Below, one piece after another: positions 52,624 to 64,000 of a stretch of DNA of 64,000 nt. Position numbers and translations under genes: made by a program. How positions within the stretch are numbered: position 1 is the first letter of the stretch; each line of letters opens with the position of its first letter. Below the pieces are notes generated by a model. The model was not told the DNA's origin. It made no database searches and was given only the letters and a program-made list of their open reading frames with translations. The stretch is from Bugula neritina (lineage: Eukaryota; Animalia; Bryozoa): contig OZ037772.1 in NCBI GenBank assembly GCA_964035545.1, forward strand, positions 11,158,818-11,222,817, written 5' to 3'.

Positions 52624-55257
52624 ATGGCAAAAGCTGCAGCTAAAAGTAAGAAAGCACCATCTGCAAAGCCCAAGACTCCCAAGAAAGGAGGTAAGATAAA
52701 GGCAAGATAAATTTAAATAGTTATTCAAATGATTTGTAAAAACAATTAACTGGAAATGCAATGAGATGGCCAAAAACAGTTTAATTTCATCTTTAGAAGT
52801 TGTCTTATTTGTGAAAGCTGAGCCAACATCAATCTTTCAAACTTCTATAAAAACAATTTCTCCATTTTCATAATAATAATTTTGAAACTTTATCTTGGTA
52901 TTTATGTAATATGTATATTAAAGTGCAATTAGGCTGGATTATTAGTATTGATGGTATTCTGAATCACTATATGAGAATACATAGTAAGCACATGTGTATA
53001 CACACAATACATAAAACATATGTATAACTATAAGGTAGACTATATTACATCTATATACATAGTACTCTACATCTATATATATAATATATTGCATTTATAT
53101 AGAAAATGCATGATCATATTATCTATATATAGAATACATTACATTTATATGTAGAACGAATGCCGATATTCTAACCCTGGAGAGTTGTGACCTGAAATTT
53201 TTATATAATTATAAAGAGATGCTGCAAACCTAAAAATAGACATATGAAACGAGTGATTATTGACTGTACTGTACCAAAGTGGCTTGTATAACCTGTAGAT
53301 TCAATAGCCCAATATTCTGTTATCGTATATTTTATTAACTTTATTGTTTGCAACTGAAAGAAATGAGGAGCTGGGGGAACAGAGTTGCCTGCTGTCATTT
53401 TTGTAAAACCTAATGCTAGGCTTAAACTATATGCTTTAAAAACTAATATATCAGTGAAATAACGACAGCTTTTTACTATTTCAAGGATCTTACTAGATGT
53501 ATAAAAAATGTAAGGGGAGATGTTATCCTCAACTATAGTTATGCTGCGTATAGCAGTAACTCTGTATACTACGGATAGTAGCAAACTATGCAAGTCAAAT
53601 GAGAATGCTACGGTAGTAGATGTGTGCAGTGAAGCGTATCTCCAGCTCGGCGAATCACATGCAACTAGCGACACCTAGTGTAAAATCGCGCGCCGATAGT
53701 CTGCTTAACATTGCGTCACATAATGGGCAATAAATTAGGCTGGTTGTTATAGAGGAATCGTGCTGAATACGAGATGCATGGTCAACGTAGCTATGATATG
53801 TTTTACTATCGGTATCAAATACTGGTAGGATAGCAGTTGGCCCGAACTATTAGGTAGGAGCTCAGTCTAGCGTGTGTTTTTACCCTAAGGCTATGCTCAA
53901 TTTGATATTCAGTCAATACTCAGTGAAGTGAATGAGCCGTTCAGTGCTTTGCGTATTGTATGTTAGCTATAGAATGTACACAGTCAACATTGTGGGCAGG
54001 GGAGAGTGGGCTCGCGGCATGTGTTCTTCTATTTACCTCTATTCACTCAAATTATTGACTAGTTCTCACAGGAGTGTAGAGTGTAGACTACTTGTTCGTA
54101 TGAGGGAAAAGGTTGACACTTTGTTAGGTTGTTGCTACGGAGACAGGAATGAGTAACTGAAAGGGGTGGCTCACACTATGAACTTGTGTATCATGGGGGA
54201 GGGCAAGGCTTCTTGGCTCACTCATCAATATTTAAATTTCAATGCTACAGCCGAAAGCTTAAATCTAAATTATGCATTGATAATTATCTAAGAATTTGTT
54301 GATTTTTAATTGTAACTTTGTATAGAATATTTTTTACTCTGACTCACAAAGCACCCCCTCAGGCTAGTTTAAATCCACCACTGTAATTACTGTATTACCA
54401 GTAACGCAATACCTAATAACGCGCAGTATCGAACTATAGTATAGTGTTATAGTAACATATTGTGTGCTATTGTATATCTGTTTGAATAGCCAACTGAAAT
54501 ATTGAACGGAAGGTGTTAGAATAAACTAACACGTATACAGCACGATATTGTTTTCTAAATTACATTACACAATGTAGTTGTATATAACATTGTATACAAT
54601 ATAATATCACTTATTCTATAGAATTGTATCATCGGCTGCGGATAATTTTTAAGTTTCACAAAGAGTCATATCCTGACTTGCATTTAATTTTGCTTTTGCT
54701 CAACTTTCAAATATTCTGTAAATTTTGATCTAATTTATGAAAAATTGAAGAAGCTTCACCAATTTAAGTCTTTTTAAATAAATTCTGTCAGATCAATTCA
54801 CACATCATGCATACAATATGAATGTATATTATATAACATATGCATGTATCATAATATGTTGACAGGCAAATATTATACTCTATTTTATACAAATTTATTT
54901 ATTATTCACAATGCAATTTCTATAATTCTCATTAAAAGATTGAAACAGGGATGGAATTATGATTCATTGCACCTTCAGCAGGCTTCTGGACTTTATTAAA
55001 TATCTAGTTCTTTGGTGTGACATGGTGTCACAATTGTGATGACACATGACACAACTGTGACACAACATGTCACAATTGTCACACAATCATTTGAGGAACA
55101 GATTTGAGCTGTTAACAATAATGTCACATTGAATTGTGTTTTAGTGACGAAAAGAGCCTCGCCTAAAAAGGCCGTAGCCAAAAAACCCGCAGCAAAGAAA
55201 GCAGCAAAGAAGGCTGTAGCAAAGAAGGCTCCGGCTAAGAAAGCTGCTAAGAAGTAG
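52624..55257 (+). CDS. 59-aa Lys/Ala/Pro-rich histone H1 tail-like / protamine-like basic microprotein
   Basis: Exon 1 52624-52690 (AAAATGG start, G|GTAAG donor) plus exon 2 55145-55257 (TTTTAG acceptor, phase 1) give MAKAAAKSKKAPSAKPKTPKKGVTKRASPKKAVAKKPAAKKAAKKAVAKKAPAKKAAKK*. AATAAA at 55515. Confidence 0.85.
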
Positions 55258-55519
55258 ACACTAATCAATCAAACAGAAAGTATGTCCTCTTTTCTGACCA
55301 ATTAAAGAACATGCGAATTATGCTTGTCTGGCCAATCAAATAGGGTTTTCATAAATACATAGTTTATTTAATCCTACTATTCTTTTACAGGTTATTCCTC
55401 ATCTCTCTGGCTATTAGAAATCAAACCAGTTACCAGTGTAAGACAACCCCAATTACACAATTCTGACATACAGCTGATCTGACTCAACATAACTTTATAA
55501 CTCTTCTGCCATTTAATAA

Positions 55520-55790
55520 ATGTGTCACTCCTGCCATATCACATATGTCACTATTGACACATGCCATGTGGTGTCAAGTAGTGACGCCACATGTCATGTG
55601 AAATGACGTGGTGTCACGATTGTCACATGACATGTGGTGACATGTGTTGTCACTGCTGTCAAGTGACACGACATATTTCGTTAGTATCACATGACATGTG
55701 GTGACATGTGTTGTCACTGCTGTCAAGTGACACGACATATGTCATCAGTATCACATGACATGTGTCGTCACTGCTATCAGATGATAAGTA
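55520..55790. repeat. GTGACA/TGTCAC-rich degenerate array with a 63-bp tandem duplication
   Basis: TCACATGACATGTGGTGACATGTGTTGTCACTGCTGTCAAGTGACACGACATAT occurs twice; the same motif family is at 55015-55130. Confidence 0.75.
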
Positions 55791-58707
55791 ACTTAACTTA
55801 GTATTTAAAGTATCAAAACAGTAAACGATTTCTATGGCATTGATAGCTGAGGCTTAACTTTTTCTACTATTGCATAGTTACTCGCAAGTAGCTATGCTAT
55901 TTGGTTACTTTACTGTAATATAATATTGTATAAAGCATATATTTCTTATTAGTTGAAGTTTTATCAACTACATTGAAAGTAGGAGAATATTATTTAGTTT
56001 TATTATTGTTTATAGTTTAAAAACCATAAATATTTTATAATCTCATAAATATGCATACATTTTTAGCTTTTCAACTATTAGTTGTAAATCAAAGCTTTAT
56101 AGGACACAGTATACTAACAAGGAATTAGATCTCAATCACAGGTTTAGTATTATTTTTCTTACTTCTCGGATTTATCACAGTTCAGGGCTTTGATTTAGTT
56201 TATTGATTGAGTTTCAATCGCTTGTAACATTTTTCACAGGACAGTTGCTGTTTAATGATAGTTAAAATCGGATTTATCTTCACATTGTAGAGCTAATAAC
56301 TTCAAATTGTTTGCAACATAAATAATTGTCACTAATGTGTCATGTAAACAGTTAATATATATTATTTTTTGTCTTTTATTAGATGTTTAAAAATACAAAG
56401 CTGGACAGTGGAGTACAAAACATTCGCCTTTTGTTTTTGTGTAGTCATGACAATGTGTGCTGATGTTGGCATAATTATTATAGTATAGTAGATACATAGC
56501 CTAACTTCCTGTTTCAAAAGTTATAGAGATTAATGCACCATATATATATTCTAACCAACATAATTAGTTTACTAAACAAAGTTTTTTTCACATTTGGGCT
56601 AGACTTTAGCTCTGGAGATCACGTAAAAGACAAGAGTGTTGGAAAATGATGTCTATGTTTGCACTCATGTAGTTCCTAAGTTCTATAATGGCCCAGCGAA
56701 GTTGAAAAAACTCTCAGTATGATTTGTTTACCAACTTCAGCTTTTCACATGGAATACCACTAAGACTGAAAACTTAGGATTTGTCTCACCATACATTTAA
56801 TAAAATTGAACATAGAATGTTTTCTCTTTGACTACTTTCCCAGTAAAACCAGATTGCAAATCTTAGATACAGCTACTGATTTCAAATAATGGCTGATGAA
56901 GTATTAATAACTATTTACTCATAGCATTTCATTAACTGTCTTTAAGCCATGCTGAATGTGGTATCATATTTGCATAACAACAAACAATGGCTGATCGTAT
57001 AAGCAATACATTATTAATAATCTGTTATATAAAACAATAAAGCTGATAAAAACATTAAACATCGTAAGCATCCAGGTTATTTTGATAAAATCAATTACTG
57101 TTAATTAAAAGATCATACTTTTTTAGTTGCATTCACAAAATATATACAAAAAATCTCAACTCAATATACCAGAAAAAATGAATTAAAATATATGTGTTAA
57201 TAGCACTGATATTGACGTGACCGTGGCACATGAAAAATCTGAAAAAAGAGTTGTCTTCTTTTTTTCTATATTAATATATAGAGCTTGTCGTGAAAATAAA
57301 GATTTTTTAAAAAAAATATTGTGACCCTCTGGTAACTTCCTGAATTTAGAAAATTAGCTCATATATTTCTTTTCATGTGGACAACAGCTCACTTTTTTTT
57401 AAATTTATTTTGAAGCTCTTTTCGTAAAAAATAATCAAAAGTAAAAAATCCAAAATTTTTACAACTTGGTTCGGGGCTTGACGTGAAAGGCATTTGGACG
57501 AAGATGTCAAGGTCACCATTAATAAATTTATTTCATCACAATTCACAATACTGCACGGAAAGTTAATAAAGTGAGCTGAAAATTAGGTTGCTAGCATATT
57601 CATATTGATATACATTATATTGATTGTTGCAGTATTATTTTTTAAATTTGTTTTGTTATCAGTTATGTTTAACTTCTTCATAGAGCTGCTGTTAGACTAA
57701 GAGTAAGACATAATATAAATATTTATATTAGCAACAATGATAATATTAAATTAAAATTATTATTAAATTCACGGTGAAGTATCACTATCACTATGAGTAT
57801 AAGTATCGTATAAATTAATTATGAGTATGAGTATCACTATGACATTAACTCAATCAGTGATTGACTATTACTATGAATATGAATATGGCTTCTAATTCTT
57901 GTAACTTTTGACTATGACGATGCTCATGCTGATACTGATAGTGATAATCACTGCCAGCCCAAGTCTCATACTCATAGTGATACTATTACTATTAATAATT
58001 AGTATTACTATTAGTACAACTACTAGCATTACTCATAGTTCTGATAATGATGCAGATGATAGTTTTAAAAGTTCTACTTCTACTTTTATAGTAAGCTAGA
58101 TTGTATATTATGTTGAACTCGACTCATTTTTTACTACTAATTTGCTAATAGTAATACTAATAGTAATAGTAATACTAATAATAATTATAGTTGTTATAAT
58201 GATAGTAATACTAATAGTAATAATAACTATTTTAATTTGATAATTTATGTTATATAACAGCATTATCGCTTATCATTTACATTGATTCATAATATGCTTA
58301 TTTTAATTTTGCTTTGTGTGTTTCGTCATGTTGTAAATTTAAGTTCGTATGGTTATTTAATGAACTAGAAAACTAGCCAAATGTTATGTAACGGTTGCAG
58401 TAATTTACTATAAACTCAGTGAAATTTAAAACCTAATTGATATTACTATGACATTGATTGTACAGAGGTAGCTAAAATATACATTAAATTACCAATAATT
58501 TTAACTCGCCAATACACTATGAGTAGAACAATCAAATGCAATGATAGAAAATTAATTAGTCATAGCAGCCCGTTGCTTGAGGAACATTAAGCTACAGGTC
58601 TAAAATGATGTAGTTTTCTGATCCCTTATATAACAAAATAATTTTTTTAAACTGGTTCAATACTTTTATTATAAACACGCTTATCAAAGTAACATGTTTT
58701 TGATGTA

Positions 58708-60486
58708 CAGTGATGTGAAAAAGTTTAAGGACGCTTGCAGAAATTTCCATGTATCTTGTTTAATAGGCATTTCTTGTGTGTTCTTAATATTTTCCTGCAA
58801 GTTCTATATATTAAAATGACCCTTAGAATGTGTTCTACAGTTTCCACCTATTAATTTTTACTGTTGTTATGTTATCCACCTATTTTCGGGCCAACTACAC
58901 AAGCAGTTAGCGAAGCGCAACTCCTGTATTTTTATGTAACCAAAGTTTATCGCTTTTTTTACCACAAAAAGCTAAATAGTGAAATTTGACTTTGTGCATG
59001 GCATCATGTTATCATAAAGTATGACTTCCCTTTATAATTTGAAATCTGTCATTTAGTTGTGAGCTTTTACATGGTGTCCACTTGGCTGCTGCGCATAGAC
59101 AAAATGAGAGCTGCAAATCTTACTTCAGAAGCAAGGTTTGTAATAATTTTCTTGCATAAGGAGGGATATTCAATTAGGAAAATATCTGAAAAGGTTGGCA
59201 AAGCAAAGACAACTGTACATCAAATTATCAAGAAGTTTATGGAGACTGGCAGTGTAGCAGATGGACCTAAAAGTGGACGACTAAAAATAAGCACACCGAG
59301 AGATTACAAGGTTCTCATTGGGATCAGCAAAAAGGATTGCCATAAAACAAGTCATGAGTTGGCAAGGAAGGGTCAGAATCAACAAGAACACCAGCTTAGA
59401 CATTTCTGATGAGGTAAGATTGCTGAGCCTTGGTTTACATGGCCGCAAAGCAAGAGGAAGCCTCTACCAACCGAGAAGCAGCAAAAAAACCGTTTACGGT
59501 GGGCCAGGGAGTATGGTAGTTAGACAGTGAATGATTAGAAAAAAAGTAATTATTTCAGATGAATCCATATTTAATGTGAATAGTCATCCTGAAAAGATTG
59601 TGTTAGAAGATACCAGTATGAGAAATATAGCCGCCAATGTATACTTAGAACAATTAGGCACTCTATAATCAGTGTTATGTTTTGGGGTTGTATAACATCA
59701 AAAGGTGTAGGTGGACTCAGTATTTGCTCTGGAATGATGTTAGTAGTTAGTACCCAAAAATATATAAATAATCTCAATGCTAAACTTCTTCCAATTATAA
59801 AAACCTTTTTTCCAGATGTAATTTACATATTTCAAGATGACAATGCACCATGTCATTGGTCGAAGAGTGTTAAAGAGTGAATAAAAAAGTAGACGGTCTC
59901 AACGCTCAACTGGCAAGCACGAAGCCCTGACTTGAACCCTATGAAATATTATGATTAAGAATGGCTAAAAAAGTCTTCTCAAAGAAGCCAGCAACTAAGG
60001 TGACACTCACAGAGTCTGTAATTCATGCATGGCATCATGTCATGACTGAAAATGAGTTGGAGAAGCTGTACGAGTCGATGCCTCGTCACTGTCGACTTCT
60101 GATTAGGAATAAAGGCTGGCCAACAAAATGTTGACACTAAAATTGAGTGCACTGTGTGTTGCAATGCTGCTATAAGGTGTATAACAAACCCCATAAAATA
60201 TTTTTCTATATTTTAAGTAAAATATTCTGATGTCATACAGTGCACACAAATTGTAAGAACATCGAATAATTCCCATATACGGATAGTATTTCAATGTTTC
60301 ACCCAAAATTTGAAAAAAATATAAAAAGAGACAGTAATAATTTATATAAATGAGATGAGGAGATCTTAGGGATCATTTTGATAGGCATCATGCCTATGGA
60401 AATGTTTTTGTTATGTCTTAAAATTAACTTGGAACATTACTATTATGAAAAACAGTAAGGCGTCCTTAAACTTTTTCACAGCACTG
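58708..60486 (+). mobile_element. Full-length Tc1 (DD34E) transposon with an inactivated transposase
   Basis: TA target duplication; 27-bp TIRs CAGTGATGTGAAAAAGTTTAAGGACGC and its reverse complement (1 mismatch). Transposase ~59104-60136 has an N-terminal HTH (EGYSIRKISEKVGKAKTTVHQI), SDES, MFWGCIT, FQDDNAPCH and SPDLNP, with stops and frameshifts. Confidence 0.95.
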
Positions 60487-60719
60487 TATATTCTATTAAA
60501 GAAGCAATCACATCAGGTTTTCAATTTGTATGTTGTACAAAGTTTATTATGGTGACAAGTTATTAAATTATATGGTTCAGCTTTGTAAAGTAAAGCTGAT
60601 AAAATAAAAACAATTATGTGATTGTTTTACTGCTATATATTAAATTTAAATGAGTTGAATAATATCCTAGTGCAGTGAATTAGATATTTTTTTAGCTTTG
60701 GTACACCTGTTTGTTATAG

Positions 60720-61320
60720 GCTAACATTCCACCAATAGAAGAATGGTGCAAGTAGAAGAAATTTCAGGCGCAGAAAGCTAAGGAGCAGTCAGAATGCTGC
60801 CAGAGTTGTGAAGAGGCTCTTGAAAAAGCTGAATTTCAATAATGACATGAAATTCGTAACAGATCACCCTGGTGTATTTGAACTGACATAGCCAGCAGAG
60901 TTCTCGAAGTCACATACAACAGCTATTTACATCATCATGGTTAGCTTAAATTTAATTCCTATATCAGTCTCTAATATATAGTTTGATATCTGCTGTAAAT
61001 TTGCTTAAGGAGCATACACATAACCAAAACTGAGTTACACTATAGTATTTGTTCTTGAATATATTTACCAAGATAAGTAGATTTGCTAATTCATTAACAG
61101 TAAAATTATAATGATACAACAATTTTTCCTTTAGATGATTCAACCAATAACACAAAACACTACAACATGGTTTTGCAGTTATAGAGTATTAATTTTCTGG
61201 CTCTTTCCAAATCTTCATAGAAGGCAAAGAAAACCACCGTCAGCTTGCCTTTATAACTGAGTGCACGCGTCTTCCACCTACAGATGATGATAAACAATTT
61301 GCTGGTGTGGAACTTTCTAA
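60720..61320 (+). pseudogene. Degenerate P2X7 C-terminal (nanor/ZCD 'ballast')-like domain gene
   Basis: Translations WCK*KKFQAQKAKEQSECCQSC, FVTDHPG, VLEVTYNSYL|intron|SYRVLIFWLFPNLHRRQRKPPSAC...PPTDDDKQFAG follow the family pattern WCxCxxC-x-CC / CITxHPGF / VL / YR..W..L...R..LPSC..FP..Y.G. Confidence 0.65.
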
Positions 61321-64000
61321 TTTTGTTTACAATGAAGATAGATTATAGGACATTATTCTTTATGTAAAGATTGTCAAGTTTTGTTATAATTAAGAACAGT
61401 TTTAGTTTCAATAAATCGGTTCACTATTATGGACATCATTGCACAAACATTTTAATCTTTACTATCTACAAAGGTATCTGATGGACTACTTGAAAATACA
61501 AAACTATGCTCCAGATACACAATGAACTGACCAGCAAAGTTAAAATGAGTTGGAGATGTAGAACATGATATCTTGTTCAAGGCTTTTCCCTGCTGTTGGA
61601 ACCTTCTACTTCAGAACACTGAATTGAACAAACATATGTAGATGTATGAAACTTTGCAAACAATAATAATGTGAAATTAGTTGCTAAGTATTACATTGCT
61701 AATAAATACAGCATTGTGTAATGTTTTATTTAATTTTTTTGGAGCCATTTGATCTATAGGCCTGCATAGTATTTACTATATTATAACTAATAAATTGCAG
61801 ACACATTATGTCAGACCAGTTTCCATTTAAATAGAATCGTGTAGGCTATCAAATTTGTAGAAGTAAAAACCCGCATTCTTATTGAGTAAAATACTTGCCT
61901 TTTTTTTCATGATGCCTCTACTGCTAAAAAGAGAAGTTTTTATCAATACAGCTCCATCAATCTGTATCCTGATGAAGCTAGTAGTTTAGGAACATTTGTG
62001 GCGGGGAGTGTAGGCTGAGCTGCAGTATAGGAAGAACCCCAACATATGTAATCTATTCAGCACATTATATGTATATTTATTCAAAAAAGAATTTAGAAAA
62101 TGCTTTATGAAGCATGAACAAAGTAAAAATTAATGCTGGTGAAAGTAATATTATTACACCCATTAGAATTACTAGCAGCTATAGCATTAAAATTATGTAT
62201 TTTTATAAAAATGTGTCTAATTTATGCTACAAAGTTATTACTGCCAAAGGTTACAAAATTTACCAGTCACATTCATGCAGCTGGCGGAGAATAACTAACT
62301 TTCACATGCAATAAATACAATTAGTAGCTCAATCTAAAACTAATGCGCTATTAAATGTTAGGAGTATAAGTTATAGTTATTCTAAGGAATAATTGCAAAA
62401 AAAGTTACTTAGAGGAATTTAACTCTTATTATAACGTAATTATCTTCCAAGATATATTACAACATCACTACTTGGATGCATACAATGTCATATTTATATT
62501 GGCATCAACATAATTTTCAATAATTTCCAATCTATTAACTTGAGCATTATGATTGTGATTATTTTATAAATAAGGCGATGATTAGGCACTGTTGGTATTT
62601 TGGTTCAATTTATTAATAGCTGTAACAGGCAGAGTTGTAAATAACATGGATATATCAAAATTCCAATGGGTATAGTACTCTAACACAACATTGATACTAA
62701 TAATTGTAGCCACTTACTCTTAGAGTTGGTGAATAATGATACAGTCATAACAATCTGAATTTCAATCAGCATTAGAGATAGGCTGACTGCTTTATAATAT
62801 TATAGTTATGTCAAATTGAATTTATTCACTATAACTATAAAATTTATGATTATAATTATAAATTAAAATAATTTAAATATTATATAATATATTGATAATT
62901 ATTGGAATTATAATTATATTTATTGTTATGATCATTATGATTATAATTATTTAATATTATCTTTGTATTTAGAGTTGTTCCTTAAATTTAAAGTTGTTTA
63001 AGTTTTATAAATTTATTATAATTATATTACTGTATAAGTATTGCTATTAGTATTAGTATAATTAAATTATTATAATTTATATTTTATTATTTATATTATT
63101 ATTTATTTTACTTTTTATTTTAAGACCAGCAGTTCAAATTAATACTGGTGTCGTTTGCTTTATATTATAACTTACAAGTATAACTATTAACATAATAATT
63201 TTACATTTGTTATTAGTATTACTATGAATATAAATATTTATATTAATATAAATATAGCTATTGGTATAACTTATACTTATAGTTATAACTAATATTATAA
63301 GTATTAGTTTCGAAACTGATCCTGCTCCGTAACATTAACATACTGATACTGTCATATGATTATCATTATGACTAATAATAGTATTAATAAATATAACCAT
63401 TGAATATTATTAATAATAGTTCACCAATAGGCGATAGTCATAGACTTAGAGTTAGAGTGAAAGTCATAGACATAGACTAGTGATACTCATACTGATACTG
63501 TGATTCAGTTTCACTGATTCAGTTACAAATTTTAAAACTTGGTTTTACGTAGACAACTACTAACCTATAATTCATCACAAAACGGTTGAAAATCATCATT
63601 TACTGCATATTAAGAGTAATTTTCTGGTAGTGTGGTCGACATGATAATTGAAATTAAAATAGGGAAAATAATTATTTTGTGATTTACAGCAAGTTACAAA
63701 CTAGCGAAATGGAATAGTCCATTTGAAAACAGTCAAATTAGTTACCTTTCTTGATGTTGCGTAGCTAACGTTAGTTATTAGTAGCCGCCCGAAGAGTAAC
63801 ATTCATGTGATTTGAACTACGAATAACGAGAATCTGTGACAAACCCGCTTCTTAATAACTTTACGCGATATAAACTCACGCTACAATAGGGCTATTTTGC
63901 CATCCCCACGTCAGAATAGGACACGGAGGGCACGCTCGCGGGCAAGTCTGGGCAAGTCCAAGACACCTAATATGACCACTTTTACTTACATTTTTTTAGT

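Noticed and set aside
53201-53674. 157-aa minus-strand ORF
   Set aside because: No recognisable motif, non-ATG start and no splice support; lies in an intron.
54996-55268. Minus-strand hydrophobic ORF (FLAAFLAGAFF...)
   Set aside because: Antisense shadow of the Lys/Ala-rich exon on the plus strand.

Overview
AT-rich animal genomic DNA with spliceosomal GT-AG introns. It looks like an invertebrate, possibly lophotrochozoan, but that is a guess. Five protein-coding genes can be assembled exon by exon with consistent phases: (1) a protein kinase N (PKN) gene (+, 3485-17495, 20 exons, first exon uncertain); (2) a ~1035-aa uncharacterised, largely disordered protein (-, 19427-29335); (3) a ~956-aa multi-C2H2 zinc-finger gene (+, 30941-41628), head-to-head with gene 2; (4) proteasome subunit beta-7 (-, 49420-52246); (5) a 59-aa Lys/Ala-rich histone-H1-tail-like microprotein with no globular domain (+, 52624-55257), head-to-head with PSMB7. 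Other contents: a 4.6-kb apparently perfect 8-bp satellite abutting a truncated PSMB7 pseudogene, a decayed hAT/Charlie element with a nested MITE, a full-length dead Tc1 element, a P2X7-C-terminus-like (nanor/ZCD-type) pseudogene, more MITEs and tRNA-derived repeats. The most striking pattern is that many introns in three genes carry their own private minisatellite anchored on a splice site. In at least six introns the repeat unit itself runs GT...AG and copies the exon/intron junction, giving stacks of AG|GT sites.
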